Position numbers and translations under genes: made by a program
Part shown: positions 1 to 6,266 of the stretch, piece after piece
Position numbering within the stretch: the first letter of the stretch is position 1
How the letters are laid out: every line of letters starts with the position of its first letter
Virus record (IMG/VR): IMGVR_UViG_3300034196_000017
Location: 1-13,421 of that record
Source: a virus
Taxonomy: Duplodnaviria > Heunggongvirae > Uroviricota > Caudoviricetes
Reading direction: 5' to 3' (one strand)
Length of the DNA: 13,421 bases
Notes under the pieces: model-generated
Told to the model about the DNA's origin: nothing
What the model saw: the letters and a program-made list of their open reading frames with translations, nothing else
The model's database searches: none

Positions 1-300
1 CTTGCCGACCGCAAGAAGCGATTCAGGATTGACCCTACAAAGGGTATGGGTGACTGGCGGTTCATGCTAACACCCAAGGGACTGATCACCGTAGAGGAGC
101 TTCCTGAGGGTTGGGGGCTCCTTGAAACAGACGGTCGTCGAGTATACAAGACTTATGGGTTCCCACCTAACACGATGTGGTGTGAATCACCGCTCGTCGG
201 ATGCAAAACCGCTGAGCTTGGAATGATGTATAGTGCCCTACGACGAATGGTGATACGAGGACACTTCAATGAAATCTATGAGGGAATGCCGAATGTATGA
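1..300 (+). CDS. C-terminal part of a conserved phage/prophage protein (FRIDP-GMGDWRF...WGLL...SALRR family, possibly PD-(D/E)XK/MmcB-like); 5' end lies upstream of the window
   Basis: Frame 1 is open from base 1 (LADRKKRFRIDPTKG) into the tracked 46..300 ORF. The motifs GMGDWRF, LPEGWGLL and YSALRRM-IRGH-NEIY match a family I recall from lambdoid prophages. Confidence 0.7.
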   Translation, partial: LADRKKRFRIDPTKGMGDWRFMLTPKGLITVEELPEGWGLLETDGRRVYKTYGFPPNTMWCESPLVGCKTAELGMMYSALRRMVIRGHFNEIYEGMPNV

Positions 301-493
301 AAATCTTGAAATGAATGGCTATCCAGTGATCTTTTCACTTCGTCTGGTCACAGAACCGGGAGAAGGTTGGAAAGGTACTCAGTATATTGGATCATACAAA
401 ACTTTGGCAGAGCTTAATGCCGCTGTTAATGAACTGAAAGTACCATTGTACTGGATGATCGAAATTGACCTTGAGGAAAAACCAAATGAGTAA
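293..493 (+). CDS. hypothetical protein (66 aa)
   Basis: ATG at 293 follows GAGGGA (280-285) and overlaps the end of the previous gene, a better start than 269. Confidence 0.75.
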   Translation: MYENLEMNGYPVIFSLRLVTEPGEGWKGTQYIGSYKTLAELNAAVNELKVPLYWMIEIDLEEKPNE

Positions 494-731
494 CATAGTA
501 GCAGTATGGCTGAAAACAGACTCGGGCGACAGTTATCTATTCCTTGAGAAAGATGTTATAGATTGTCAAGATGTGGTGCATCGCATTCACAATGGAATGA
601 ACGATGAATTCGCATATGTATATGACTGGGAAATCGAAGTGATTGGTGATTTAGACCGTGCATCACTAAGTAGCCAAATACGTTACTTTAAAGATGACCT
701 TTTCGAAAAACTTGACGCGGATGCAGACTAG
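486..731 (+). CDS. hypothetical acidic protein (81 aa)
   Basis: ATG at 486 follows GAGGA (473-477) and overlaps the previous gene's end. Confidence 0.8.
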   Translation: MSNIVAVWLKTDSGDSYLFLEKDVIDCQDVVHRIHNGMNDEFAYVYDWEIEVIGDLDRASLSSQIRYFKDDLFEKLDADAD

Positions 732-734
732 ATC

Positions 735-929
735 ATGAAAAGATTCAGGGTGATCAAAATAGAAACAATTCATGGTCCGTTATTCACCGTGCAGGAGAAG
801 GTATTCTATCTGTTTTGGATTGATCACCGTACTCATTGCACATTGAAAGATGCACTAAGGCAAATAGAAAGGATTAAGACTGAAAACAGCTTACCAAGAC
901 CAACGGTAGTGCATCGTGAAGAGGGTTGA
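735..929 (+). CDS. hypothetical protein (64 aa)
   Basis: Starts 3 nt after the previous stop; the MKRFR/K start resembles that of ORF 1344..1562. Confidence 0.75.
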   Translation: MKRFRVIKIETIHGPLFTVQEKVFYLFWIDHRTHCTLKDALRQIERIKTENSLPRPTVVHREEG

Positions 930-1170
930 TACTAAAAAACTAAACCCTCATAATGTCAAACCGCACTATACATACTTCAAATGGACAAATTGTCAAAAGT
1001 GTGGTCTAGACTTTCGTCGAGAAAATGGCGTCAAATGGTATTGGTTTCAGGTCAAAGAAATGTACCTTTGTCAAGACTGCTCATATAACGGCAGTGTGCA
1101 ATGGTCAAACGAATATGTGCAGTGGCTTTACGATGTGAATCACTTTAAACGACCACCCGGCGGGAGATAA
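916..1170 (+). CDS. putative zinc-binding protein (CxxC...CxxC)
   Basis: Contains CQKC and CQDC pairs; GTG start overlaps the previous gene. Confidence 0.7.
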   Translation: MKRVDTKKLNPHNVKPHYTYFKWTNCQKCGLDFRRENGVKWYWFQVKEMYLCQDCSYNGSVQWSNEYVQWLYDVNHFKRPPGGR

Positions 1171-1172
1171 AT

Positions 1173-1340
1173 ATGAATATTCGAAAACTAATTAACCACC
1201 TTGAGTCAGTTGCAATCATGTGCGGCGAGGATCAAGTCGTTCAAACATTTGATCCTGACCTATTGGAATGGCACCCTGTTACCGGAATAACTTACGGTGG
1301 CGGTGATAACGTTATTAAATTATACACCGATGAGGATTGA
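1173..1340 (+). CDS. hypothetical protein (55 aa, MNIRKLINHLESVAIMCGEDQVVQTF...LYTDED), missing from the ORF track
   Basis: Translated by hand; GGGAG lies upstream and the ORF exactly fills the gap between its neighbours. Confidence 0.75.
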   Translation: MNIRKLINHLESVAIMCGEDQVVQTFDPDLLEWHPVTGITYGGGDNVIKLYTDED

Positions 1341-1343
1341 TCA

Positions 1344-1562
1344 ATGAAGAGATTCAAAATTACCAAAAAGTACTACTCATCTGACCCAAATGACTACTTG
1401 TATCGAGTATATGAGCGAAGCTTCCTATTCATGTGGGACTGTCTGTCAAGCCACAAATCACTTGAACGGGCAGAACATCACATCGCGTCAATCCTAGAGA
1501 GTGAGGAACGCGAAAGACTTACAAGACCGATCAAGTCTGAAGAAGTTGTGTCGTATGTATGA
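1344..1562 (+). CDS. hypothetical protein (72 aa)
   Basis: GAGGA upstream; ATGA overlap with the next gene. Confidence 0.8.
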   Translation: MKRFKITKKYYSSDPNDYLYRVYERSFLFMWDCLSSHKSLERAEHHIASILESEERERLTRPIKSEEVVSYV

Positions 1563-1861
1563 CCCAACGCCTGTACTTGATGGAGAACAACGCACAACTG
1601 AATAAGATCGGTATAGCAAAAAATCCCTCGAAACGCAAGCGTCAATTGGAACTAGCTTCTGGTCTGAATATTAAGATCATTAAATGCTGGGTTACCCTTG
1701 ACGCCACTGCTCGTTCTGTGGAACAATACCTACATCGACTATTCGCACGACGAAGGGTGCAGGGAGAGTGGTTCACACACATCTCAATACCCGACATCGA
1801 ATACGCTGGATACGAATTAACCGAATGTAACCACGATGGAACAATAAAGAGAGGAAAATGA
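1559..1861 (+). CDS. T5orf172/MUG113-type GIY-YIG-like domain protein
   Basis: LYLM...KIGIAKNPSKRKRQL...S...VEQYLHRLF...R..GEWF is the typical T5orf172 motif order. Confidence 0.8.
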   Translation: MTQRLYLMENNAQLNKIGIAKNPSKRKRQLELASGLNIKIIKCWVTLDATARSVEQYLHRLFARRRVQGEWFTHISIPDIEYAGYELTECNHDGTIKRGK

Positions 1862-2322
1862 TGGCAAAGGTTGAGGCAAGGTACTGGTATTTCATTACAC
1901 AGAATGATATGGGTGACACAATGAGTCTGTCACCACGTTGTCCTATCAATAAATGCGACGAAGAACCAACACTCGCTCGTATTTGCGTTGCCCCAACCGC
2001 TGCACACTGCATGACCGCTATCACTCTTTACTCCCACTCGGATATATACGTCTATCGAACTCGACGCAAGGTGAAAGCAACCAAACCATGGGATGTGTAC
2101 GACTCACACATTACTCAGGAACACTGGCTGACATCAAAGACAAGATTTACCAAAGTAGAAACACTTGACATTTCTAAATTCTCAAATTATCATGGGTGGT
2201 TCTACGTGGGTGACGTAAAAGAGCAATACAAAGCAAAAGTAGCAATCAGGTCATGGTGTCGCAGACGTGACCCACGGCTTAGCACAGTTAGTAAGGCTAA
2301 TCAACTATGGAGAAAGAAATGA
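1858..2322 (+). CDS. conserved phage hypothetical protein (RICVAP...DSHITQEHW), possibly with an ADP-ribosyltransferase-like fold
   Basis: ATGA-coupled with AGAGGA upstream; the fold suggestion is inference from motif spacing only. Confidence 0.75.
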   Translation: MMAKVEARYWYFITQNDMGDTMSLSPRCPINKCDEEPTLARICVAPTAAHCMTAITLYSHSDIYVYRTRRKVKATKPWDVYDSHITQEHWLTSKTRFTKVETLDISKFSNYHGWFYVGDVKEQYKAKVAIRSWCRRRDPRLSTVSKANQLWRKK

Positions 2323-2567
2323 AACACATCGAGAGACACACATATGTACTTAAATACTGTACGGATAAAATGAATCTCTTCAGCCTCATCCGTGAGATTG
2401 AACTGTTCAAAAAGACATGGCCCAATGCCACCGCTGATTGGTGGTCAAATCAAGGTGAAGTCCACATCTGGTATGAAGGGTGGACGTTAGGGCGAGAGCT
2501 TGCTGAGGGTGCCGCATCTGATTTTCAACAAGCTATCAAACGTCATGAGTGGTGGGAAGAGAAATGA
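2319..2567 (+). CDS. hypothetical protein (82 aa)
   Basis: ATG at 2319 gives an ATGA overlap with the previous stop; GGAGA upstream. Confidence 0.75.
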   Translation: MKHIERHTYVLKYCTDKMNLFSLIREIELFKKTWPNATADWWSNQGEVHIWYEGWTLGRELAEGAASDFQQAIKRHEWWEEK

Positions 2568-2684
2568 ATAAGATGAAAGATTACGAAAAGACACTCGCGG
2601 TCATCAAATCCTGCAAAACACAAAGCAAAAATGATGAAAGAACGTGACCGACTAACCAAAATTTATAAGGCGAATGAACAATGA
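2564..2684 (+). pseudogene. small gene split by a frameshift (27 aa MNKMKDYEKTLAVIKSCKT... plus 17 aa MMKERDRL...)
   Basis: ORF 2564-2647 begins with an ATGA overlap; ORF 2631-2684, in another frame, ends with an ATGA overlap on the next gene; the 121 nt span is not a multiple of 3. Confidence 0.45.
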
Positions 2685-3055
2685 AAAGCACTATTCAAGA
2701 ACTGATCGAAGAAATCCGTGACTGGGAAATGGAGGCAGGTGAAAGCTATTGCGACTACTTCTTTGACCGCTACTCATATGACGGTCGTTGGATGGCATTT
2801 CTCGAAAGCAAAGAATTCCACGCTGTAGTAGACGAAATCAAAGAAGACGTTTATATCTGTACTGACGGAACCGTACTTGGTTGCACTGACCAACAACTGA
2901 AATTCGAACCATACTCAACTTGGCATGAGGAAAAAGGTGGAAAGTGGGATGAGGATGTTTACCGCAAAGACGTAGCACTATGGGCTGAGTTCCTTCTGCT
3001 TCATGACGACATCTATCAAGACCACAAAGGATTCCTAGTAGAGTACTTCGAATGA
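2681..3055 (+). CDS. hypothetical acidic protein (124 aa)
   Basis: Full ORF, coupled at both ends, rich in D/E/W/Y. Confidence 0.85.
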   Translation: MKSTIQELIEEIRDWEMEAGESYCDYFFDRYSYDGRWMAFLESKEFHAVVDEIKEDVYICTDGTVLGCTDQQLKFEPYSTWHEEKGGKWDEDVYRKDVALWAEFLLLHDDIYQDHKGFLVEYFE

Positions 3056-3186
3056 CTGACTGGAAAGAACTTGATGACGTAGAGAAACCCTGTAGCAATA
3101 CCAACGGATGGTGTGGTTGGTGCGGTAACTGCCGAGAACACTCAGAAGAACTGATCGAACGTGAATCATGGGGAGACGATGAGTGA
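3052..3186 (+). CDS. small Cys-rich acidic protein (44 aa, MTDWKELDDVEKPCSNTNGWCGWCGNCREH...), missing from the ORF track
   Basis: Translated by hand; ATGA overlap upstream and GTGA overlap downstream. Confidence 0.75.
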   Translation: MTDWKELDDVEKPCSNTNGWCGWCGNCREHSEELIERESWGDDE

Positions 3187-3416
3187 GAGGATTCCATCAA
3201 GGTAAGTGGTATGCTGAAGTCTACCAGTCAACACGACATGTAGGCACAGAAACTCTAAGCGTAAAGCAGTTCGATACAGAGGAAGAACGTGATGCCTTCA
3301 TCACCGACTACAATCAGATCCTACTTACACACATCGGTACACCAAGGGTCTACACAATTGCTACAGAACCATCAACCTATGTCATCTATGATTTCCTAAG
3401 AGGAAAATACCAATGA
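3183..3416 (+). CDS. hypothetical protein (77 aa)
   Basis: GTG start in a GTGA overlap; GGGGAG upstream. Confidence 0.75.
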   Translation: MRGFHQGKWYAEVYQSTRHVGTETLSVKQFDTEEERDAFITDYNQILLTHIGTPRVYTIATEPSTYVIYDFLRGKYQ

Positions 3417-3607
3417 ACATCAATTTAGGAATGCTCGGTAAAGTAACACTAGACGAAATCAACCCACCGTGGGTGTCAGCTGACGGTTTCTTCATCACTC
3501 ACGATGGATACACCGAATCAGGTATCCGTGTACATGCCGTCATCGACAACAGACAATACGTCACTCACCCAAGATGCTGGAATGATGCTATCCTCATCCA
3601 GATCTAA
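3413..3607 (+). CDS. hypothetical protein (64 aa)
   Basis: ATGA overlap; AGAGGA upstream. Confidence 0.75.
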   Translation: MNINLGMLGKVTLDEINPPWVSADGFFITHDGYTESGIRVHAVIDNRQYVTHPRCWNDAILIQI

Positions 3608-3619
3608 GAGGAAATACAA

Positions 3620-3841
3620 ATGAAATATACAATACGATATGACTACAACTCTTGGACTCTTGGTTGTGAGTGTTGCACCGACTGTAGTTCTGAGATTACA
3701 ATCTTCAATGGTGGTACGCTGATCAAACTAATTGAGCATTCCGACTTGATGGAGAACGCTGAAGAGCTTACACAATACATCAATGAAAACCACCCAGAAT
3801 ACTCTAGCTTCACCATTGATCCTGATTCAACTTGGTGGTGA
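3620..3841 (+). CDS. hypothetical protein (73 aa) with a CxCCxxC cluster
   Basis: AAGAGGA upstream; contains GCECCTDC. Confidence 0.8.
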   Translation: MKYTIRYDYNSWTLGCECCTDCSSEITIFNGGTLIKLIEHSDLMENAEELTQYINENHPEYSSFTIDPDSTWW

Positions 3842-3842
3842 T

Positions 3843-3953
3843 ATGACGAAAATAGAAGCTCTACAATTTGCTCTACAACACGTAAGGAACTACAACGATA
3901 GGTGTTACATTCAATTCCTAATCAGCAGAGAGCTATGGACACCAAAGCCATAA
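3843..3953 (+). CDS. small hypothetical protein (36 aa, MTKIEALQFALQHVRNY...), missing from the ORF track
   Basis: Translated by hand; GGTGGTG upstream; stops just before the terminator. Confidence 0.55.
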   Translation: MTKIEALQFALQHVRNYNDRCYIQFLISRELWTPKP

Positions 3954-3963
3954 CTGATATTTT

Positions 3964-3987
3964 ACCCGCTTCGGAGGGTTTTCTTTT
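3964..3987 (+). terminator. intrinsic terminator of the + strand cluster
   Basis: ACCCGC-TTCG-GAGGGT (C-UUCG-G tetraloop) followed by TTTCTTTT. Confidence 0.85.
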
Positions 3988-3993
3988 GCCCAC

Positions 3994-4024
3994 AAAAAAG
4001 CCCCGCTCATCCGTGAACAGGGCT
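3994..4024 (-). terminator. intrinsic terminator for ORF 4029..4463
   Basis: On the minus strand, AGCCCTGTTCA-CGGA-TGAGCGGGGCT (11 bp, 2 G-U pairs) followed by TTTTT. Confidence 0.9.
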
Positions 4025-4028
4025 GACA

Positions 4029-4463
4029 TCAAACTACTAAACCATCTACCATCATAACCGTAGGCTTGAACTCCTCAGCACGTATTGCAATACGCTGATC
4101 AAATGCAGGTACATCACCCTCAGCAAATGGATCAAACCACAAAGTAGAAAACCGAATACGGAAAGAACTTCCAGTGTTAGACACAATCTTCGTATTGTAA
4201 ATCAACAAACTAGAAGGGTCTAGAACCAATACCTCAATGAAAGAAGGATTCAACCTCGGCTCAACATACGTGTAATCCAAATACCCAACACCCGGTGGAC
4301 TATCATTATCCTGAACAACATGCACCTCAATCATCAACGCACTACTACCCCCAGTACCACCACCATAAGGCAATTCATGGAAATAACCCAACTTAGCAGC
4401 TACAGCAGGACCAACATTCTGAATAGCCTCATACAACTGATCACGTGTAACACTCATTATCAT
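4029..4463 (-). CDS. isolated hypothetical protein (142-144 aa) with a Gly-rich linker and a beta-rich C-terminal part
   Basis: GGGGGT precedes ATG ATA ATG; it has its own terminator 4 nt downstream. Confidence 0.8.
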   Translation of the reverse strand: MIMSVTRDQLYEAIQNVGPAVAAKLGYFHELPYGGGTGGSSALMIEVHVVQDNDSPPGVGYLDYTYVEPRLNPSFIEVLVLDPSSLLIYNTKIVSNTGSSFRIRFSTLWFDPFAEGDVPAFDQRIAIRAEEFKPTVMMVDGLVV

Positions 4464-4464
4464 A

Positions 4465-4615
4465 CCCCCAAAACTTTATCAAACCAACATGGCCCAATTT
4501 CAAAGAAGTATAACAGCTTTACCCCAAAAACACAATACCCCCAAATTCCAATTCCCCCCTATTTTCAACTCCCCAAACTACAACTCTTCCCAAATCCCTA
4601 TCCCCAGAAATCCCC
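4465..4615 (-). repeat. G-tract array with a canonical G-quadruplex motif at 4589-4615
   Basis: Ten runs of 3-6 C on the + strand; the minus strand reads GGGG-ATTTCT-GGGG-ATA-GGG-ATTT-GGG. Confidence 0.7.
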
Positions 4616-4972
4616 AGATATTGGTCTGAAGTGTTTAACGCCCCGGCACCTGCCAGCCTACCGCCCGTCTAGGAATCTCAAAATCCCTGCGAGTTGGCAC
4701 CCTTCTTGCTTACCCAATCCATGGGCTAGGCACTTCCATGAGCATTGAATGCTTCTCATTCATCATGCATTTAACATAATACTGATTATACGAAGTGCGC
4801 ATCCCTTGCCCCATTGGTCACCAACAGGCTGATATAACTAGATATGTGGTATATGTGGTGGATAGGCTATATACATGCACGTTGCGTGCACTCTCCACCA
4901 TTAACACAATAATACACCCTTTCGGGCTGCATGTATAGCTTTTTCTGCTGATAATCAGCGAATATGCGCAAT

Positions 4973-4991
4973 GCAAATGATTATCACTAAC
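4973..4991. promoter_or_regulatory. Fur-box-like site
   Basis: The reverse complement GTTAGTGATAATCATTTGC matches GATAATGATAATCATTATC at 15/19. Confidence 0.5.
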
Positions 4992-5452
4992 TATTTCTCC
5001 CACTGCATGGCAGTGAAAAGGGATCGCTAGAGAGGGATGCTTAACCCTATCGCCGATAGTGTACGCATATCCCACAATAGGTAATTCTGAGAATAGTCAA
5101 TATTATGTCGTATTAACGACATATGCGTCTAATGCTTGTGGCTTAAAGCCACGGTCTACAAGGCTTTGAGAGGAACGCTATTTCTATGCTATGCATAGGG
5201 TAGGGTAGGTGCATTGCTATGCAATGAGTGAGCTTGTAGGAGCTTAGAGACGCCATTATGGGCTAGTGATAGGAGAGGGAACAGGGGTTATCACCCTGTT
5301 ATATAACCTGTTTAGTGAATAGCTATACTCTTATGTTATACATAAGAATAGTTAACTCTAAGACTATATCTCTCTAGTGGGAGTGTTTCCCACTCCTCTT
5401 CTCTTAATGCTCTCTAAACGCGCCCTCCCGTTAATACGGGAGAATCTAGAGC

Positions 5453-5491
5453 AGTATACTGGCAATCAGTCGATTTAGTCAAGACCTATTC
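5453..5491 (-). promoter_or_regulatory. sigma70 promoter pointing into the non-coding block
   Basis: GAATAGGTC-TTGACT(5482-5477)-18 nt-TATACT(5458-5453), with the same AATAG upstream element as most of the other promoters. Confidence 0.7.
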
Positions 5492-5540
5492 AGGTAATAG
5501 GTTGCTTCTGCTAACACTTTGTGGTAGGAGGGTGATTCCT

Positions 5541-5559
5541 GCTAATGATTCTCATTTGG
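5541..5559. promoter_or_regulatory. Fur-box-like site
   Basis: The reverse complement CCAAATGAGAATCATTAGC matches the Fur consensus at 14/19, with the AATGAGAATCATT core. Confidence 0.5.
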
Positions 5560-5580
5560 GTAGTGATTTATTGCTGACAT

Positions 5581-5604
5581 AAGAAAGCCCCCGTTAGGAG
5601 GCTT
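5581..5604 (-). terminator. intrinsic terminator at the end of the - strand early region
   Basis: On the minus strand, AAGCCTCC-TAAC-GGGGGCTT followed by TCTT. Confidence 0.8.
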
Positions 5605-5606
5605 CT

Positions 5607-5622
5607 TGTTCCACGTGGAACA
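5607..5622. other. parS: chromosomal-type parS site (ParB/Spo0J binding), perfect 16-bp palindrome
   Basis: TGTTCCACGTGGAACA, compared with the bacterial consensus TGTTNCACGTGAAACA; intergenic, between a stop codon and a terminator. Confidence 0.85.
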
Positions 5623-5623
5623 T

Positions 5624-5992
5624 TTAATAATCTGAATAATCCCAATCATCCATCATTTCACACATTTCCTCATGCCGTGCATGGTCGGCAATAAAACCTT
5701 TATCGGTTGCCCATTTATCCATCCATGCCTGAGCGTGTTTTAGTTTGAAGAATGTGCGACGTCCATTGTAAGAGTTTCCCGGTGACACACCCATATCACA
5801 AAGGCTTGACGTTCCCACATACTGACCTTGTGAATAAATCAAGATACATGGAACAAATAGACCAATATTACTTTCCATGTAGGGGCGGCCTGTAATGACA
5901 CGTTTGTCGATACCGTATACAGGGTGTGCAGTATAAACGGTTACACCGGCTTTCATGTCTTTGACACAGGCTTTCACGTTTGCCGTTTTCAT
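5624..5992 (-). CDS. hypothetical protein (122 aa)
   Basis: ATGA overlap with the upstream gene; followed by parS and a terminator. Confidence 0.85.
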   Translation of the reverse strand: MKTANVKACVKDMKAGVTVYTAHPVYGIDKRVITGRPYMESNIGLFVPCILIYSQGQYVGTSSLCDMGVSPGNSYNGRRTFFKLKHAQAWMDKWATDKGFIADHARHEEMCEMMDDWDYSDY

Positions 5993-6255
5993 TTGTTCAC
6001 CAATGAGGTTAGTGTTTTGAGTTCGAATTCTGGTAGATAGAACAGAGTGTTAACCCCGCTGCTGTCTATCAGAACATCATCAATATACAGGTGCCATTGA
6101 TCATGCATCAATTTGTATTTCCCTATTGTCTTACCTTGTTTGAGGTCGATAAGGTTGGCGTTACTGTCAACCCTGTATGACGGTTCCTTTTCACCGTAAA
6201 CGGTGTATGTAAAGGAGTCATCTTTGCAGTTCAATTCTTGATAAAGATATTTCAT
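5989..6255 (-). CDS. hypothetical protein (88 aa)
   Basis: AAAAGGT upstream; coupled to the next gene. Confidence 0.85.
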   Translation of the reverse strand: MKYLYQELNCKDDSFTYTVYGEKEPSYRVDSNANLIDLKQGKTIGKYKLMHDQWHLYIDDVLIDSSGVNTLFYLPEFELKTLTSLVNK

Positions 6256-6266
6256 GGTGAAACCTT

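Larger units (their letters stand above)
4876..5502. repeat. array of about 14 perfect short inverted repeats (hairpin/cruciform field) in non-coding DNA
   Basis: Stems at 4876-4890, 4947-4959, 5001-5015, 5047-5059, 5104-5123, 5138-5152, 5184-5198, 5212-5226, 5280-5300, 5329-5347, 5376-5394, 5425-5442, 5452-5461 and 5484-5502. Confidence 0.85.

Noticed and set aside
1773-3200. Tracked ORFs 1773..2024 (-), 1953..2168 (+) and 2838..3200 (-)
   Set aside because: Shadow frames overlapping better-supported coupled genes.
4437-4452. Third parS-like sequence (reverse complement TGTTACACGTGATCAG)
   Set aside because: Only one good half-site (12/16), and it lies inside coding sequence (S-V-T-R-D-Q), so it is explainable by chance. 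Worth a look only if ParB ChIP shows a peak.
4320-4748. Tracked 142-aa + strand ORF
   Set aside because: It is antisense to ORF 4029..4463 and runs through the C-rich tract; the Pro/Thr/Gln bias and lack of an RBS indicate a by-product of base skew.
4818-5075. Tracked 85-aa - strand ORF in the non-coding block
   Set aside because: No RBS, not coupled to any neighbour, atypical composition, and it overlaps the hairpin field.
4876-5502. CRISPR array or tRNA cluster as an explanation for the hairpin field
   Set aside because: The stems are not sequence repeats with regular spacers, and there is no T-loop, D-loop or cloverleaf spacing.
4464-5623. DnaA, LexA, CRP and IHF sites in the non-coding block
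   Set aside because: Reading by eye found no TTATCCACA, CTGT-N8-ACAG, TGTGA-N6-TCACA or WATCAA-N4-TTR match.
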